DNA of 42,202 nt from positions 19,346,727 through 19,388,928 of the forward strand of contig CM119268.1 in NCBI GenBank assembly GCA_051294375.1, given 5' to 3'. The DNA comes from Paraspadella gotoi (lineage: Eukaryota; Animalia; Chaetognatha). The position numbers were made by a program, and so were the translations under genes. The notes beneath the pieces were generated by a model. That model was not told the origin of the DNA. It worked only from the letters and a program-made list of their open reading frames with translations, and made no database searches. Positions 38,875 to 42,202 of this stretch are shown one piece after another (the first letter of the stretch is position 1; every line of letters begins with the position of its first letter).

Positions 38875-39530
38875 TGAAAAAGCGAATAGTTCATATTTAT
38901 GGGAAATGGGAGAAAAGATTAGGAGACAAATGGACAGGAGTAAATATAGTTAGGAATTGTCGAAATGAAGGTGGGGACTTGCTCAGAACTGCACACAGGA
39001 ATGCAAGTTCAGGGCGGAATTAGCAAGGCATAGGAAGCGAAGTGCACTAAGTATCTAGCGCAAAGGTTTTTTGTTTGTGAACTTTAGTGCGATGAGTCTT
39101 TTCAACAAGAGGCTGACCTGATGAATCATAGTAAAATTTGTGGTGGTAGAGCCAAGGACTCGTCAAAAAGGAAATGTATTATTGTGGAAAAAATTAAGCC
39201 CTCCATATATCAGTAGGTACATAGGAAAACGTGCGAGCGAGGCTCAGCACATGTTAAATCTGAGCACGAACATGAGACAGCTAGAGTCTTTAAGAGTGTG
39301 GAGAGTAAAGTGTGAAAATTTGTGTCGAAGCCGAGGACAGATATTGAGCATATTCGAGCTACGCACATTTCGGGACGGAAGCAGCATTAAGAGTGAGGCA
39401 GTCCCTCGTAGGACGAACGCCTCGTCATAGAGTCAGTCGACAAGGCGAACGTCGCGCAAGTACGGACGAGAGCACCGACGGAGGGATCTCTCGACCAGTC
39501 TCATCATCATCATCATCATCATCATCATCG
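38875..39530 (+). mobile_element. LINE 3' fragment with C2H2 zinc fingers and (TCA)n tail
   Basis: The cleaner duplicate at ~36985-37560 encodes KRISHLWEWE, CSNCNKECKFRAELATHRKRMH and CEICGLELDRSNRARHMRRQH; this copy ends in (TCA)n at ~39501-39530. Confidence 0.55.
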
Positions 39531-39542
39531 TCGTCGTCTTAC

Positions 39543-39699
39543 CTCGCAAGTGACGGAGACCTCCTGTCCCTCGGCCAGCTGGAGCTGCTTGGGTCCGCAG
39601 ACGGGGCTGCTGAAGACGACGACGTCGACGGCGAGGACGTTGGAACATTTGTAGACGCCAGAGTCGGTGAAGGAGATGTTCTTGATGATGAGGATGTAG
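39543..39699 (-). CDS. IgSF gene exon: end of Ig1 and start of Ig2
   Basis: CTCCAG acceptor, GTAAG donor, phase 2 to 0. Translates YILIIKNISFTDSGVYKCSNVLAVDVVVFSSPVCGPKQLQLAEGQEVSVTCE, with the canonical Ig L-x-I...DSGxYxC motif and EG..V.VTC. Confidence 0.9.
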
Positions 39700-39856
39700 C
39701 TGGAGATAGAAAGGAGGGGGGAAAACCAGGAGAAAGGTTAGGCTTTTGTTTACTTTTTGAAAATCTTTTGTTTGTTTTTTTTTTCTGAATTGGTTAAACA
39801 AAAAAATACTTTAGGGAGTGGTCCTTTTATACTATTGAAATATTCTTTGAAATATT

Positions 39857-40080
39857 ATACCACTTTTTTGATAGGGAGGCCAGGTACTCTGGGAGTGAAT
39901 AGAGAGACTGCGAGAAAATCTTGATTGAAATCTTGCAGGGTCCTGCTATTTTTTGATCTTTTGATAGGGATGGTGGCCTTAAACCACCAGAGCCTGTCCA
40001 AGTATCCATTATCTAAAGTGAAGGGCAAGATAGCTTATTTATTAAATTAATGGATAATTTCATATTGGCTGTACCAAATT
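39857..40080. repeat. Dispersed ~200-bp repeat, copy 2
   Basis: Same-orientation match to 20398-20590. Confidence 0.75.
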
Positions 40081-40339
40081 CATTTAATATTTTTTCGATT
40101 AATCTGCGCTTATATTACTCATTAGTATTTTTTTTCTCTGGGCGCTTACGTGGCCATTTTTTTTCATTCACTCAGTGATAGTCGCATCGAGACTCACACC
40201 ATTTTTCTTCGTATCCTGTTCTCTACTTGCCTTTCTCTCTCTCTCTCTCTCACTTTGACAACATGACCAGCGAAGAAAAGATCGAATGGAGGAAAAAATT
40301 CAACTTTATTTCACGAGAAATTAAGAGAAAATTAAAAGA

Positions 40340-40655
40340 AGATGACTATTCTCATGAAAAACATATTGAAATTTAAAGAGATAATGTCTTTATTAGATGC
40401 CCAAGACATCTAAAAGAAACAATTGAATTACATTTGAGAGATGATAAAGTCGTGATGAATAAGGAATTTAAATTACTTGGAATGCTACTAGATGAAAAGT
40501 TAATGTGGACTAAATATATGAATCAATTAGTTGAAAAAGCAAAAACAAAAATCCTTGCGGTAAACAAAATTGCAAAGACTGGGAAGAAGAGATAATTTCA
40601 AATCGGTGTTCCAATTATACAAAAGCCTAGTCCTTTCAACCATCTGAAAACGAGG
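40340..40655 (+). mobile_element. LINE reverse-transcriptase C-terminal fragment
   Basis: Frame reads EFKLLGMLLDEKLMWTKYMNQLVEKAKTKILAVNKIAK and later FQLYKSLV, matching the K.LG..LD.KL.W and LYKSLV pattern of non-LTR RTs. Confidence 0.75.
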
Positions 40656-40839
40656 GGCTAATTTGGGGGGAAGAAAGGAAATTTTTAAAGATAAAAGAGG
40701 CAAATGGACAATAAGACGCGAAACATCGGTGAGATGTGAATCGCAGCACGATAGAGAGGAGAGAGAGGAGAATACGTTCACTGCCATTCCCATGTAATGA
40801 GAGAGATCTTAGCCACGACGTAGGAATCAACTGGCTTAC

Positions 40840-40957
40840 TTCGCGCAGCCCGTCCTTTGACCCGACGCTAATTGAGACTCATCTCAGTATAGTAGATGAG
40901 GAGAGCGAGGAGGAGACCTACATGTGACTGGTCGTGAGTGACGGTGAACGGAGCAGG
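40840..40957 (-). CDS. Putative exon of IgSF gene: N-terminal half of Ig domain 1 (disrupted as assembled)
   Basis: CTGCAG acceptor and GTAAG donor. One frame reads xCSVHRHSRPVTCRSPPRSPHLLY*DESQLASGQRTGCA and ends in phase 2, matching the next exon (AA|C TAC = N-Y). It has one in-frame TGA and Cys where the Ig Trp is expected; the surrounding region looks error-prone. Confidence 0.4.
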
Positions 40958-41111
40958 CTGCAGTCGTAGAGGCACACGTTCAAGCGGCAGAGATTAGGAG
41001 AAGTATAAGATGAAAAATGGTGAGGAGAGGATAAGAGAGAGAAAGAAAGGAGAGAGAGAAAGGAGAGAAAGCGAGAGGAGAGAGAGGTGAGAGTTGAGGA
41101 GTGAGGCAGGA

Positions 41112-41151
<40 letters not shown>

Positions 41152-41189
41152 GAGAAAGAGAGGAAGAGAGAGGAGAGAAGTAGAAGAGA

Positions 41190-42168
41190 GAAGGAGAAAC
41201 ATGAATGAAAAACTTTACGGGGGGAATCTACGCTTTCGCGGCCTATATGACCTTTTAGTAAAAACTGCTTTGTTAATAAAAATCAAACTAAAAACAGCAG
41301 GATTAAAAAATTATGAACTTTCACAAACAATAGTCAATGCTTACAATTAGGTTAATCGGTCTACTAATTTCTAACTGGTCTCTTTATCACTTTTTTTCAG
41401 AGAAATAAATAGTAGTACTAACAGATAGTCCACAATACAAACCCTGTAGATCTTACTTGACATTTTTCTTCATCATAGCAGAAGTAAGAAAGGATTTGTG
41501 GATTGATGACTTCTCTTTCTTCGATATTTCTTTAAGGGAGTGGTAATAGAGGTATTGTTTCTGTACATACTTTTGATTCTTCTTTTTGCTTAGAGTAACG
41601 TTTGATTATAGCTCACTTTCGTTTGCTGCATCATAGACTATGCAGAGGATGTCATGCGGAGGAAAATTCAAGTAGTTTGTAGAGCACGCAGATGGATCTT
41701 TTTCAATTTTAGGACCATTCGATTAGTCAGACATTTCGTCAGCAACAACACTCCTAAATTAGTCGAAATNNNNNNNNNNNNNNNNNNNNNNNNNAAAGAA
41801 GAATCAAAAGTATAGTACAAAACAAACCTCTATTACCATCCTTAAAGAAATCGAAGAAGAGAAGTCACAATCCCACAAATCTCTTCTTACGTTCTGCTAT
41901 GATGAAGAAAAATGTCAAGTAGAATTCTAAGGGTTTTATTGTGGACTATCTGTTTAGTACTACTATTTATATTCTCTGAAAAAAATGATAAAAGACCAGT
42001 TAGAAATTAGTACCGATTAACTCTAATTGTAGCATTGACTATTGTTGTGAAATTCATAATTTTTTAATCTCTGTGTTTTTAGTTTGATTTTTATTAACAA
42101 AGCTTTTTACTAAAAGGTCATATAGGCCGCGGAAAGCGTAGATCCGTAGTTTCATTCATTCATTCTCT

Positions 42169-42202
<34 letters not shown>
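41190..42202. repeat. Inverted duplication around an N gap
   Basis: ~41796-42170 is the reverse complement of ~41190-41590 with many small deletions. Confidence 0.9.

Noticed and set aside
41190-42202. Large biological palindrome
   Set aside because: The arms are separated by an N gap and differ by many small deletions, which is typical of a fold-back read or scaffolding artefact.

Overview
Eukaryotic (invertebrate animal-like) genomic DNA from a gapped, indel-prone assembly. It is AT-rich with abundant (AG)n/(CT)n microsatellites, and almost all ORFs in the supplied track are microsatellite artefacts. The main content is a multi-exon minus-strand gene (~41.0 kb down to ~20.9-23.0 kb), reconstructed by hand from GT-AG sites and intron phases. 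It encodes a type-I membrane immunoglobulin-superfamily protein: about four Ig domains, a Thr/Ser-rich stalk, one TM helix and a His/Gln-rich cytoplasmic tail. Several exons carry oddities: an apparently inverted mucin-coding segment, tandem repeats born from splice sites or exon sequence, an indel-ridden duplicate of one exon, and frameshifts that could be assembly errors. The rest is transposon-derived: TA-flanked Tc1/mariner-type MITEs, a hAT-like element with 8-bp TSD, a DINE-1/HINE-like Helentron-associated element, two tRNA-derived SINEs and several decayed LINE fragments. No prokaryotic systems, rRNA or CRISPR arrays were seen.
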